This document shows positions 25,310 to 37,075 of a stretch of DNA of 64,000 nucleotides, in pieces. The DNA comes from Trichoplax adhaerens (lineage: Eukaryota > Animalia > Placozoa), in contig NW_002060958.1 of assembly GCF_000150275.1 (NCBI RefSeq), positions 1,444,088-1,508,087 of the forward strand. The letters are read 5' to 3'. Position numbers and translations under genes: made by a program. Within the stretch, counting starts at the first letter, position 1. The number at the start of each line of letters is the position of its first letter. The notes under the pieces were generated by a model that saw only the letters and a list, made by a program, of their open reading frames with translations, made no database searches and was not told the DNA's origin.

Positions 25310-28300
25310 ATGGTAGGTTCAATTTTTCAAGCGTTCTTCCATATTCATAGAAGGGATGCATTCGATATCCTATTCTCATTGCAGTGCAATCATGGTATGC
25401 TTAACGTACAGTATTTCTCCTATCCATACTCTATCTAAACACTTGATTTTGTATCAACCTTTGAATCGCTATAGAGTCGAAATCAAGCAGCCACGCCGGA
25501 AGCAATCATCCCTATCGATATTCATTATAGCAAATTATTAGGTAATAGCAGACTCTTCTTCCACTCCACCTTGCAGTCAATTTAACTTCAGAATGGCGAT
25601 ATGATAGTATCCATCATACAGGTCTTGGATACATCGTTGAATCGATAAATCGATCTGTATTAGTTTGAAGACTGTAGGTAGCGATGTACAATATCGATTG
25701 GAAGAAATAGGATTACGATCAGATCGATCCCTGTTAGTTGAAAGACTGTAGGTAGCGATGTACAATATCGATTGGAAGAAATAGGATTATGATGAGATCG
25801 ATCCCTGTTAGTTGAAAGACTGTAGGTAGCGATGTACAATATCGATTAGAAGAAATAGGATCACGATCAGATCGATCCCTGTTAGTTGAAAGACTGTAGG
25901 TAGCGATGTACAATATCGATTAGAAGAAATAGGATCACGATCAGATCGATCCCTGTTAGTTGAAAGACTGTAGGTAGCGATGTACAATATCGATTGGAAG
26001 AAATAGGATTACGATCAGATCGATCCCTGTTAGTTGAAAGACTGTAGGTAGCGATGTACAATATCGATTGGAAGAAATAGGATTATGATGAGATCGATCC
26101 CTGTTAGTTGAAAGACTGTAGGTAGCGATGTACAATATCGATTAGAAGAAATAGGATCACGATCAGATCGATCCCTGTTAGTTGAAAGACTGTAGGTAGC
26201 GATGTACAATATCGATTAGAAGAAATAGGATCACGATCAGATCGATCCCTGTTAGTTGAAAGACTGTAGGTAGCGATGTACAATATCGATTGGAAGAAAT
26301 AAGATTACTTGTCTTGAAGTTGCTCCATTGTAGTTGGAAAAGCGATGATACTCTACGTCATCCTTTTAATCAAATACTCCAAACTAATCAAATGATCACG
26401 AAGTACAGTATACCATCGTGTTTATTCTACACCTCTACTATGTACTCGTATATTCCACTTCATCGTTTCAAACAGCACATACAGTATATTGCCTGGAAAA
26501 TGTTCAAAGCAAATTTGACTTGAGTAGCCCCTGGTAGAGACGTTTATAATATCGTAGATTACAATACACTGACACCATCAGATAATGATGTTTCTTAAAG
26601 TCAAGACATATTACACCTGAAAATAAAGCAAAAAAATCCATTATCATTCCAGATTGGCTTATTGATAGGAAGCATTGCAAAGGTGATTGGAGGGATCAAA
26701 CGCTACAAATTCGAGAAAAAATCAACAATGCTATTCAAGATATGCCCGAAAACGATGAAATTAAACAGCTGTTATCTGGCACTTGTAAGTAGTAATGAAG
26801 ATAATAAAGACGTAGAGAACATCGTACCAATATTGAAAGCAATGGCAGGAGGTCATAGCCCTACTTTCAATCCAATAGTATTATTCTTTGGATAAGTCGT
26901 TGACATAGAGCAGTTAATAACAGTACTACATGCCTTATGGAGAGTCTACTACACCATTGTACATTGATCAAACTCTGTATCATAATTCTCTTTCACACAA
27001 ATACTGTATATCTTTAATCAAGAATAGAGAGGTTCAAGATCTCTTTTATACGCGTATGATAGCATTGATAATTGTTATTAATCAATCGTCGCAACCTATC
27101 GGTAGTCCAGCTAATTCTAACAAACATCAACGGATGTAAATAAATTTCTGCCAAGATCGCCTATTATACGAGTTTTATGTCATATCAATAAGCACTACTT
27201 ATTTTTCTCGCTCACTAGATATTCATTATTTTCATTGCCTAAAAATTATCGAAGTATTAAAAATATCTGAATCTGCCACTAAAAATATATTCGGACGATA
27301 TTCTTCAAAAAGGATGAAGGTAATGCTGTACAGCGATTATGATGATTGATTGTCTATTTTTACCAATGACTGTCTTTATAGATAATCGTTATGATGATTA
27401 TTGCGATTGTGGCTATCATGCCTCCCTAATTCATAATAGTTTAGTCAACGTATAATGTCATAACTATAAAACAGCTTGCTTCGTTATTTATTATTTTTAA
27501 GGATTGGCAACAAATCGTAGCCATGTATGAAGCAGATAGCATCGGATTAGGTACATCTCCACTTCCATTTAGGTGTATTAACCGACATGGTGTAGTACAC
27601 GTCATGTATCAGCCACAAAAATTCAATAGTATAATCAAAATCGACTTTATTAACGTGATCACTTTGCATTGACTTTACTTGTGTAGCCGAAGCAGCCGAT
27701 ATGTTGATGAGAAATGTGAACTATGAAATTGCAGCTTCCAAAAAAAACATTGGAAAGTGTCAACAACAGCTTAGGGTAAATTACCTACATTATGTTATAC
27801 TTACAGTATTCTACATTCAATGGAATTCAAATGACCTCTTATTTTTACTGATGTTACTACCACCAATACAATAGCTGATGGTTTTGGATATAATATAATT
27901 ATAGGACTTAACAAGGAAAGAAAGTGAATATACATCAAATGCTAATATATTCCGGAATAAATTTTTACAGACTTGCAAACAAATTGGAATCCAGGTATCT
28001 GCATTCGAATGTAATTGTTCTCTTGCTACTGTACGTCTACGTTAGGATTAACAACCGAGTAAACAGCTCTTATTAACCCAACATAGTGAACATCATAATA
28101 AACTACTACTGCGTTTTTGCAATTGACAGGGTAAAAATATCAAAGCTGAACTCAATGAACTGTTGCAGACATTACCAGAACTTTATGACGACTTAGTAAC
28201 AGATTCCAAGCAACTGAGTAAAGCCTACGAATTTTATCGAGCTTTTGTTACCTTTTTAGATGATTCGTAAGTGAAAATGCTTAATTATATTCGTGCTTAA

Positions 28301-29966
28301 CCTAAAAGCATCTGAAATACTCAGCCCCAGAACCAGTAGCTAATAGTCATTAGTCAATATTTTGACTAAAAGGTCTACTTCTTTCCATTCATTTGAATGA
28401 ATCTTTTAATAGCAATGGAGAAGGTAAACAATTAGATATTTTACCATTACTAAAGTGCATCATCAATAAAGGAAACATTACAGTTTATGAATGGAAAACT
28501 GGCCAGCCTCCTCCAGTTAGTTAAATTCATGAGTTCTCTCAAAACTTTCCAGAACTCTTTGGCCTTCATCGCGCTTTCAATTAATAATTCTATATTTTCT
28601 CTTAAAAAGGAAAAAGCACTCATGACGGCTCGTATTAAAAATCAACAAAAGTCTGAAGCAGATCCAGCTACTGTAGGCGGTTTTATAAACTAGATTAAGC
28701 ACGATTGATATTTATCAAATCTATAGTCATATCTTACTTGATCTATGTCAGGATACTATAGACTTTGGTGACCTGGATTTAACCACCGGCTCGCCTGACA
28801 CAATCGATTTTGGCGATTCAAATACGATCGACTATGGAGATTCAAATGCGATTGACTTTGGCGATAATACAAACGAAATTGATTTTGGAGATGAAAACAA
28901 TGCAATTGACTATGGTGATGAAATTAATTTTGACATTAGCGTTGAAAACGGCGATACTACATCTAACAACCAAGAACAAAGTAAATATTACTAGACATGA
29001 TTACAGCTACATTTGCAATTCATTGAAACTTATTTACTGATGTTGACTTATATTTGATTGGTGTAATGTTAATTGCAGGCTCTACGATCGATGATCAAGA
29101 TTTAATGACTATTTTAGATGATACTCGTTCAAGAAACTGTTTTATTGACAATTTAACAGAAGTAAGACTCAAAATAGAAGATTGTAGATGCATTATCATT
29201 GCCACAACGCGATTATAAATCCATTATGTTCGTTCCGTATATAATTAGTTGCAGGGTTTCTTTAAGCAACGCGTAAATGAAATGTCCGAAGAAGCTAATA
29301 TAGTCTCTGTTAACCAGGTTTGCATATGTATATGGCATGTACTAATTTCTAAAATTTTAAGCAGTTCGCTAATAAATGATACTAAAATGATGCATTAGTT
29401 TCAAGACGCTCCACGACAATTGCAGTTGACCTCAACAGAAGAAATATCTTCAATGAAATCAGTTGTAGACAGTATTTTAGAGAAGCTGACATCCGTTAAA
29501 ATGCAACACCTGTTCTTGATTAAAACTTCGGAAAGGTAAAAATCGCCCAAATTTCTTCTTACCTTTGCAAAAATTTCCGCTATAGTACAGGCATTGATAC
29601 ATGATGTATCACATGTTGGGATTTCACTGTAGATATGTCGATCGTTTAGCCGAATCGTTAAAGCAAAAAGAAAATCTAGCAGAAAAAATGTTAGAATCAT
29701 TAAAAAACTCGCAGGAGCGTCGTGAGAAAATTAAAGAGCAACTTATTGAAGCAGAGCCCAAGCTTAATAATCTAATAGCAAAAACTAAAGAACTTCAAAC
29801 TGAAGTAAGCGATAGAGCTACGCGCTGCTAATTCGTTTATTTGATTTGTAGCTCACAGTTCGTATCAAATACTTTCTACTGCTTTTATAAATAGGTTGCC
29901 GCCGAGTTATCAAAGCGATACCAAAATAGGCCAGTGAATATAATGGGAGAAATCAATTTAATTTAA
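25310..29966 (+). CDS. CDK5RAP3: CDK5 regulatory subunit-associated protein 3 (C53/LZAP; UFM1 ligase adaptor and ER-phagy receptor)
   Basis: ATG|gt at 25310-25312; exon 25475-25541 IPIDIHYSKLL; exon from 26653 DWLIDRKHC..IREKINNAIQDMPE; IHYFHCLKI...TKNIFGRYSSKRMKDW; RNVNYEI; GNITVYEWKTG; acidic IDR exon 28752-28980; HLFLIKTSERYVDRL; final exon ELSKRYQNRPVNIMGEINLI* ending at 29966. Confidence 0.95.
25645..26308. repeat. 74-bp tandem minisatellite, ~9 copies, in CDK5RAP3 intron 2
   Basis: Unit TGTTAGTTGAAAGACTGTAGGTAGCGATGTACAATATCGATT(G/A)GAAGAAATAGGAT(T/C)A(C/T)GAT(C/G)AGATCGATCCC; GCGATGTAC recurs at 25681, 25755, 25829 ... 26273 (period 74). Confidence 0.97.
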
Positions 29967-32202
29967 CCTTCTATGGCAAACTCTTTTCATTAAAGTTACT
30001 TTCCAACATCGATATCGTTACAGTTATCACTAAGTAAAGGTCTACAGTGAATTGAATATATACTATCATTACAAAGTGTACAAACATCACTATAAAAGCT
30101 TTATAATAGATTACAGTCATCTGATGCCCATTGCAATCTAGCTCAACAAAATGTTTTATAGTTCTTATTGTAAAATATGTTGCTAAACCTACTACAATTC
30201 ACGACAGGCCTCGATCATATACTAATATCTACCTACATATACATTACATTACACTGTAATTAGGTAGTTATCGATCATTTTCAATCAGTTATGTATCTCT
30301 TATATACGAATAATAAAAATTGATTTGCTAACCTTAGCTCGATTACAACGTTGCATAGGAAATGTACGAATGATCTTTCATCCATCGGCTCGATTCTACT
30401 AGCTTAACATAAAATTGTAAAAGAACTAGCTTTTAATCTTATTGCAATATTATGAATGGGGTAATGGGTACTTTAGGAGTTATACAAATTTGCATTTTAC
30501 ATTAGATGGTTACGCTTAGAATAGATGATCATTCCCAAATATTGACTTAACCGAGTATTGCACAAAGTTTTATTATTACTCGTACCCATTTAATTTATTG
30601 CCTTCACGAGGATTGACGGACTTATTTCCAATTGCAACATAATTTTATAAAGATAAAACTAAGATTTTGCATAATGAATTGGTAGTCTGGAATTATACTG
30701 TACAGTAAAAGTACACTGCAGACACTATGTATTCTCATATGTATTGAGTAATATTAAATATAACTTTATACTACTACTGTGAATATTGGTTGCAATTTCT
30801 GTGAATACGTATGCATTTTATACAGTTACACTATAACTAGCATGATCTGTAGTAACTTGCTATCGGTAAGCTTTACACCCTCGCTTATCCTGAAACTTAC
30901 TTATAATATAGGAATTAGTGAAAGATGTTGAAGAAATTGGTAGACATAAATTTTAGTAACCATTCGATATTAACACCAGACGCATATGGGTAAGGTATAC
31001 AAGTACTTCGGACGCGCTAAAATGAAACGGACAATAGTTTCAGCTTTTTTCTTTATCGATCCATTAAGTCGACTATCACAATTGATCCGATCGGGCTTTA
31101 TATGAAGTATTGCAGTAAAGGTCAAGATATTTTGTAGTGGATTACAATTACTTATATTCGCCACAAGTAACATGTAGCTAGTATGTAGCTATGGCTATAA
31201 ACGAATTACAATTACTTATGCTCGCTATAAATAGCAGATGTAGCTTTGAAATTTCATCAAATGTTCAAAATTTGAAGTCTAAAATCAGCAGGTATTTATT
31301 TGGGTAACTGATACACAGCAGAAATATCACTTTCAGGTATCGAGTGTTATAAATAATCGGGGTAATATTCATTTTAAGATAATATAATATTATATGACCA
31401 AGATAATCGCGCATCTGTTTCTCTTATCAACAGCATTATCCTACCTCTGCAAATTCTTATCATGTTATTCCATAAATATCGATCGAAAATAGAATAAACA
31501 CGCAAGAAATAGTTATCTACAATATTATCTCTGAATAATTAACCAATCAGTGATATAATAGGACCCTAAAATAACTATACAATATTCATTCAACTTAAGC
31601 TGAATAATGCCAAAATACGTATTTACATTACAGGAGTAAAAATTATTGAAATGATCATCAGTGTTAAAACAAATTTCTGCTGTTACACACTACAAGATGG
31701 CTCTATTATTGATAGCATCTAAGTCAAACACAATGATTGAAACATAAACTAGAATGTAGCTTAAAAATTAGGACAGTAATTGTACTCTATAGACATGAAG
31801 GTAATTAAAAACGTAGTTGCTAACGCTAAAAAATTGACAATTTTTTAAAAAGTTGAGAAAAATAGTTTGTAATTAAGTTACTACCATAAATCAGCAATAG
31901 ATACAGTCAATGAATACATCTGCTAAACCATTGATCTACCAAGTCAACGCGTATACACCAAGGTTAATTTAGGGATCAAATCGAACACTGAGCAAAAAAT
32001 TCAACACGATCGCATGATCAAGATATACTCCAATAATACTATTAAAATCAATAGAATCTTGTTTGAGTAGATTGAAAAGCACTAGTCAGCATAATATCAC
32101 TTAACTATTATCTTTGTACATTACAAGATTGGGATTAAGTATTTAGTGAAATATTTTCGGATTGCGTGATCCAAATTGCCTTTACAAGTCAAGCAGGTAA
32201 AA

Positions 32203-35200
32203 TTAATTATCTAATACAACAGTACTTGCGGTAATTTTCGCACCACCATTACTTGTTATGTCTGTCGATGGCGCCATTGCGAGATGTGTTAGGACTGAAC
32301 TTGCAACAGTCTCAGCGTCACTAACACTATCTATAAATGCGTGTCGCGTAAGAAATGCAATGTTAATGATATATTGAATGGTAAAATAGCTGAATCTATA
32401 TATATATATATATATATATATAATAAGACGAGCATCAATCTTTTACCAGATAAATGTTCCTTTCGAGGAGCAATGCTTCCATTTTGATATGCAATTAGCA
32501 AACTCTTAAGATGAGCAACTTCACTTCGCAGTTTTGCAGCCTCGGCCTATGATTAACGACGGAGTTGAGAAAAATAGTATAAATCATCAAGTCCTATACA
32601 CAACAAGTACTAGCTCTTACAAATGAAGCTTAAAATGTATTCTTTGTACCTGTAGTGAACTATTTTTATCAGACAGTTCTTTCACTTTTTTATCAAGACC
32701 TGATATCCAGGTTTTTTTCTTTTCACGACACCTTGTAGCTGCTGCTCGATTTCTTTCTAAAAATCTTTGACGTTTTTCCTCTGGATCCAAATCTTCCTGA
32801 CTGCGTCGAGCTCTTTTTCTATAATAGTATATTTTTTTTTTAATTTAATAGCTTATAGCAAATCCTAGCTCAATTAAAACGCTACTAGAATTTGAACAAC
32901 AAATAGCGTACGTTCTATGAGGTCCATTAGTAACTGCTTCTGACTTTCTGACCGGCGTATCATTCGTAGAAACAGCCTTTACAACCGCGGTTGGAGCTTT
33001 TGTTACCTTGTTGACAATATCCAACGTTTTTGTTTTTGTTACTTGCGGAGTTTTACTACTAGCAGTGCTTGCACTAGTTTTGATTGCTTTAACCCGTAAA
33101 CTATGTTGTAGCCTCTGTTATAGAAACATGAGAGCCATTATTTAGCATTGTAATCAAAAAGTGATTGCCAACTGCAATATTGATTGCTGTACTATGTACG
33201 ATGGCAAGCGTAGCTACGAATGTATAACTAATACAATCAGCGCGTACAATTTTATCATGAAAGACAAACACAGTCCATAACAATAAATAATACACTGTAC
33301 AGAGTACTATCCTACCTCTTTAGCGCTAACAACGGTAATACTATTTAGAGCACCGTTGTTGACAGGCTGCTGGGATAGCTGTGCTGTTACTGTTTTCGTT
33401 ATTGTAGGAATTGAATGAGAAATAGATTGTTGCGTCGCAGTAGTCGCAATTGGATTCGCTACAACAGTAGCAGTCGATGCGCTAGTCGTATTACCAATGG
33501 ATTCTATTACAGGTTTAATTGTTGATTTTGAAGGAAGCAAAGTTGCAATACTAGTAGGTGATATTGGAACTGGGCTAGGTTGTTGGGATAAGCTGGTTAA
33601 CGCTGCGGCAACATCGTGTTGCGACGAATCTCGCACTATGTCAAAGCAAGTTCATTCAAATTAAAACATAATTTGTTTGCATCAGATTGACGATATCAAA
33701 TCCAAATGTATAGACATGTCATCAACCGATTGCTATCGTAGACTAGCATACATTGTCATAGACACTATCTCAGACACGGGCGATAATATTGATTCGAGTT
33801 TGTTACAGCAGTGATTACTATTTTAATATTCATGATGGTATTTAGTCAATATAGACACAACAACATTGCAAGTACTCGTTCGTAATGTAGACTAAGGCTA
33901 ATATGTTGCCAAAAAATTCAAATTCAACTTATTCAATATGAACAGACATACATTTCATAGTAGCCAAAACACCAGATGCGATAGCAGCACTTGGATCTGC
34001 CTAAAAACGTGATAATGTTTGTTATACAATTAATAACACTAGCTAGTCAAAATTGGCCAACATTGAGTTCTCCAGTTTGTTGAACGAAGTATGCTAAAAA
34101 TCATCCAATTAAGTACCCGATCAACAGCTGCTTTCGCAAAAGTTGCTTCAAATGGATTTTGCAAAGCGTCTTCTAGGCCAGCTTCTTCAAATGCCCTTAG
34201 GAATCTACTCGGTGTAGGTGTTTGATCTAATTTGAAAACAACATAATACACCTTAATAAGGACACCATACTTGATGCAATTTGTCATACTACAGTATGAT
34301 GAAGTATCTTGATATTCAATTTACGTGATAAGCTGACTACTGACAACACCAACATAATTAGTCTATTCTATGGATTGCCTTGACTCAACGCAAGCTTATA
34401 CTCGTGCAGTAACAACCAGCTTGTCACATATAATACCAGATTGATTGATCTATGCGTAACGTCAAGTATGCTTTATTAGCTGATCATTTCGGTGTCATTC
34501 AACTGATTGCATAGTCGAAAACCGAAAGCTAGTGCTAATTTTCGTTTCACAAAAGCTAATATAAAGGGTTGATTATCGATTTCGTTGCAACCGATTGGCT
34601 CTTCCTTTGAGGTATAACCGATATAAAAAGCAATTCTTATTCCACTACCTGAACATCTTCATCTCCAGGTATGCCATTCAATGGATATCCTTCATCATCC
34701 AATGTTGCCATTTAACCCTGACCCTCAAATTAGTATTCCTTGTTGATGATATGGTCAAATCATGTTGTCATTCGATCTACACGCGCCTCTTAACAGATGG
34801 TAACGAGCAACATTCAATGTATCATTATTCTGAATCTTATTCTTTCTGATGATTGTGAGAAGATTGTACACGGCACACAATTATCGCGTTTAGCGGAATT
34901 TCGACCCAGTTGCATCGTTGTTTGAATAGAATGGAGGATTTCGTCAGCTGTCTGCATGTAAACTGCCGTCGAGTTTAGTCCAGTACAGTAGGGGGAAAAA
35001 GCGACGTCGGGTACAGTACATAGTACTCGACCTACAGTCCAGTACAGTACTGTAGACTACAGTGTACAGTACCGAATTTTTTCTTCATCTCTACTGTACT
35101 GTACAGTATGCGACGTCGAGTACAGTCCCGTAGAGTACTGTAGGCTACAGTGTACAGTACCGAATTTTTTCTTCATCTCTACACTGTACAGTATGCGACG

Positions 35201-35839
35201 TCGAGTACAATCCCGTAGAGTACTGTAGGCTACAGTGTACAGTATCGAATTTTTTCTTCATCTCTATGCCAAATCTTGTCATAATGTTCAGTACAGTTGT
35301 ATTAGTATACTGTACTGTATTATCTACTAGGTAGACAGGCAATGTGGAAAATAAGTGTCCGGTACTATACAGTGTGTAGACTACACTGCAGTGAAACGTC
35401 TTCTGCTCACAGTACTGTATTGCGAACCAATACTGTACTGTACAACAGTAGAAACCTTTTTACACGTACTGTATTGTACCGTACTGTACAGGAGGGGGTA
35501 GAGGAAAATCGTGCTGTGATCCAATTTTCAGCAATGCATAAAACGAAGCGCGGTTTTATGCCGACATGGATGTACAAATGCAAACTTTAGTCCATGACAG
35601 CAAAATGTTCATTATTTTGAATGATATTAATAGGAAACATGCTGTTCAATCGATTCTATTGTGCTAAGAGTAAAGGAGTAAGCTAAACATTGCAGCCATG
35701 TGCTGGCTGTCATAATGCCATACGTACCAGGTAAAGCGGATGCTGGTGTATCGCTGCTCGCCCGATTAGCGCACTGGATCTTGAGGTTGCTTGTGTGACG
35801 CTTCTGATGAACCTCTAGATGATCCATATTAGTAAAGCT
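32203..35839 (-). CDS. ATF2: ATF2/ATF7/CREB5-family bZIP transcription factor (first coding exon unresolved, lies upstream of 35839)
   Basis: Exon 35839-35728 SFTNMDHLEVHQKRH (second half of the C2H2 finger); exon ~34227-34117 DQTPTPSRFLRAFEEAGL..NPFE (MAPK TPTP sites); Ser/Thr-rich middle; bZIP DPEEKRQRFLERNRAAATRCREKKKTWISGLDKKVKELSDKNSSLQAEAAKLRSEVAHLKSLLIA; C-terminal AETVASSVLTHLA. The symbol denotes the family, since ATF2/ATF7/CREB5 are vertebrate paralogues. Confidence 0.9.
32397..32422. repeat. (TA)n microsatellite in the last ATF2 intron
   Basis: About 13 TA units read directly. Confidence 0.9.
35000..35266. repeat. ~85-88 bp tandem repeat (2.5-3 copies) within a TACAGTA-rich island in an ATF2 intron
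   Basis: CGAATTTTTTCTTCATCTCTA recurs near 35072, 35160 and 35245; GCGACGTCG recurs three times. Confidence 0.9.
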
Positions 35840-36979
35840 CTGTAGTGAGGAGAGAAAAGCAATGATAGCGATTAAAATAGAATCCATCCATGTATTTCTA
35901 GCTTGTTATACACTCAAGTGCTTAGTATTCGATCATGCATGCTTCAACAATTGTTGATGATCGATCAACATGACAACACTGCATTGCAGTCCAGTCACAA
36001 TGCTATTTTGAAACGTTCAATTCAAATACACTATGAGGACAATCAAGTGTCCAAGTGGTGGTAGTGGTGGTGTAGGTTAGTGGAGAGAAGATTGTATCCA
36101 ACTACTGAAATCACACTGCAGTGACCTTCTATCCTTGAAAGTCGATCGATCAAATGACATTGCTGATACAGAGTTTCACTATAGGAGTACTGTAGAGAAG
36201 GGAGTCATTTCAAGCATGTGCTTGATGGGCAACGCCAGAACGCGTCGAAATACCATTGAAAGACAAAGTGTTTCAAAACATCACCGAGACGCCTAGAGGG
36301 AGAAGAGGGCCAATTCTGTCTCACTCCAATATGGTATACTAAAGTGAGAAGGAATGGACATGTCGGCGTCGTCCTTCCAAGGACATGCAGTTTTTTGCAG
36401 CACAATTGACTCAATAACATCCTCTTTGAACTGTATTGATTTACAATGATGAAAAAGACGCGGCAACAACAATGTCCTATCAAGTGAATCCTTTTACAAA
36501 GTTACTTGTTCATCTTTTCTATACAAGATTTTGATTCGTTTTTACCTCTTTACAGCCTTCTATCGGACATTGAAATGGCTTATCATCTACCTCGGACATA
36601 TTTACATAAACCAAACAGACTATTTCCTACAACGATAACAAAACTGATACCGCCGAATGGACTCTTGAACGTGGAAGAATTGGACCACCAGTGAGCGATT
36701 CAAATCCAATCCAAATGGATAATTTTCTTCACTTTGTGAAATGATTGAATGTTCAATCACTTGGTAGCAAAGGCTACAACCAATGGAGCGTTTTTGCTGC
36801 AATGGCCAACGTTGATGACACCAATAGAAGAGAGAGTACCACAACCTTAGGGTGTGCTAAATCACCTTGGATGGTAATGTTGACAATATTTAGCAAGGAC
36901 TACGTAGTAGACTATTGAAATATTTTTTCTGTGTGTACGCGTAATTTGGCTTGGCTCCGATGACAAAAACGGTTACGAT

Positions 36980-37075
36980 GTGATGACGTCACACGAGCTG
37001 CAAGGCAGGCGCAGTAAAACAAAGATTGATTCGACGCCATACCGTAGCATAGCGTTGCGTCACGCTGACGACTTG
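36980..37075. promoter_or_regulatory. Cluster of CRE/ATF sites upstream of the ATF2-family gene
   Basis: Palindromic TGACGTCA at 36984-36991; TGACGCAA on the minus strand at ~37055-37062; TGACG half-site at 37066-37070; adjoins a TACAGTA island at 37130-37450. Confidence 0.55.

Noticed and set aside
25645-26308. CRISPR-like array
   Set aside because: Units are contiguous and near-identical with no unique spacers, there are no cas genes, and it lies in a spliceosomal intron.
28810-29040. 76-aa ORF MAIQIRSTMEIQMRLTLA as a separate gene
   Set aside because: It is an alternative frame of the CDK5RAP3 IDFGD exon.
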